This document shows positions 64,000-64,000 of a stretch of 64,000 nucleotides of DNA, in pieces. A model generated the notes under the pieces. That model was not told where the DNA came from. It saw only the letters and a program-made list of their open reading frames with translations, and did not search any database. The position numbers and the translations under genes were made by a program. Location: NCBI GenBank assembly GCA_963849325.1, contig CAWKHF010000005.1, positions 224,001-288,000 of the forward strand, written 5' to 3'. The DNA is from an uncultured Planctomycetota bacterium (GTDB taxonomy: Bacteria > Planctomycetota > Planctomycetia > Gemmatales > Gemmataceae). Positions within the stretch are counted from its first letter, which is position 1. Every line of letters starts with the position of its first letter.

Positions 64000-64000
64000 G

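Overview
High-GC bacterial chromosome segment, almost certainly a planctomycete (Gemmataceae-like), judging by the DUF1559 prepilin-type gene, DUF4058, an ECF sigma/Ser-Thr kinase pair and zinc-ribbon membrane proteins. Many genes, including essential ileS and glmS, are split by small indels that look like uncorrected sequencing errors. Core and housekeeping content: comM/yifB, ileS, glmS, ltaE, aroC, wrbA, mutY, tRNA-Phe(GAA), tRNA-Gln(TTG), a Cus-type RND metal-efflux locus with TolC and a DUF318/TIGR03943 permease pair, a SWIM-SNF2 helicase, exbB-exbD-exbD and exeA. Highlights: (1) a MamK-like actin coupled to a membrane protein, with no magnetosome genes in the window; (2) a TlpA-like lipoprotein with an in-frame UGA in a UxxC motif followed by a GGUC-loop SECIS-like hairpin, probably a selenoprotein; (3) a ~65-nt candidate sRNA bounded by its own promoter and terminator; (4) an IleRS with the inverted GVHH signature; (5) a PtuAB/Septu-like ATPase-HNH pair whose HNH gene is cut by an IS3 element and can be rebuilt in frame; (6) an uncharacterised toxin-like/immunity-like/nucleotidyltransferase trio; (7) about 20 REP-like hairpins, including a nested insertion and two copies read in frame within an open reading frame. 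Family assignments come from motif recognition by eye; no searches were run.
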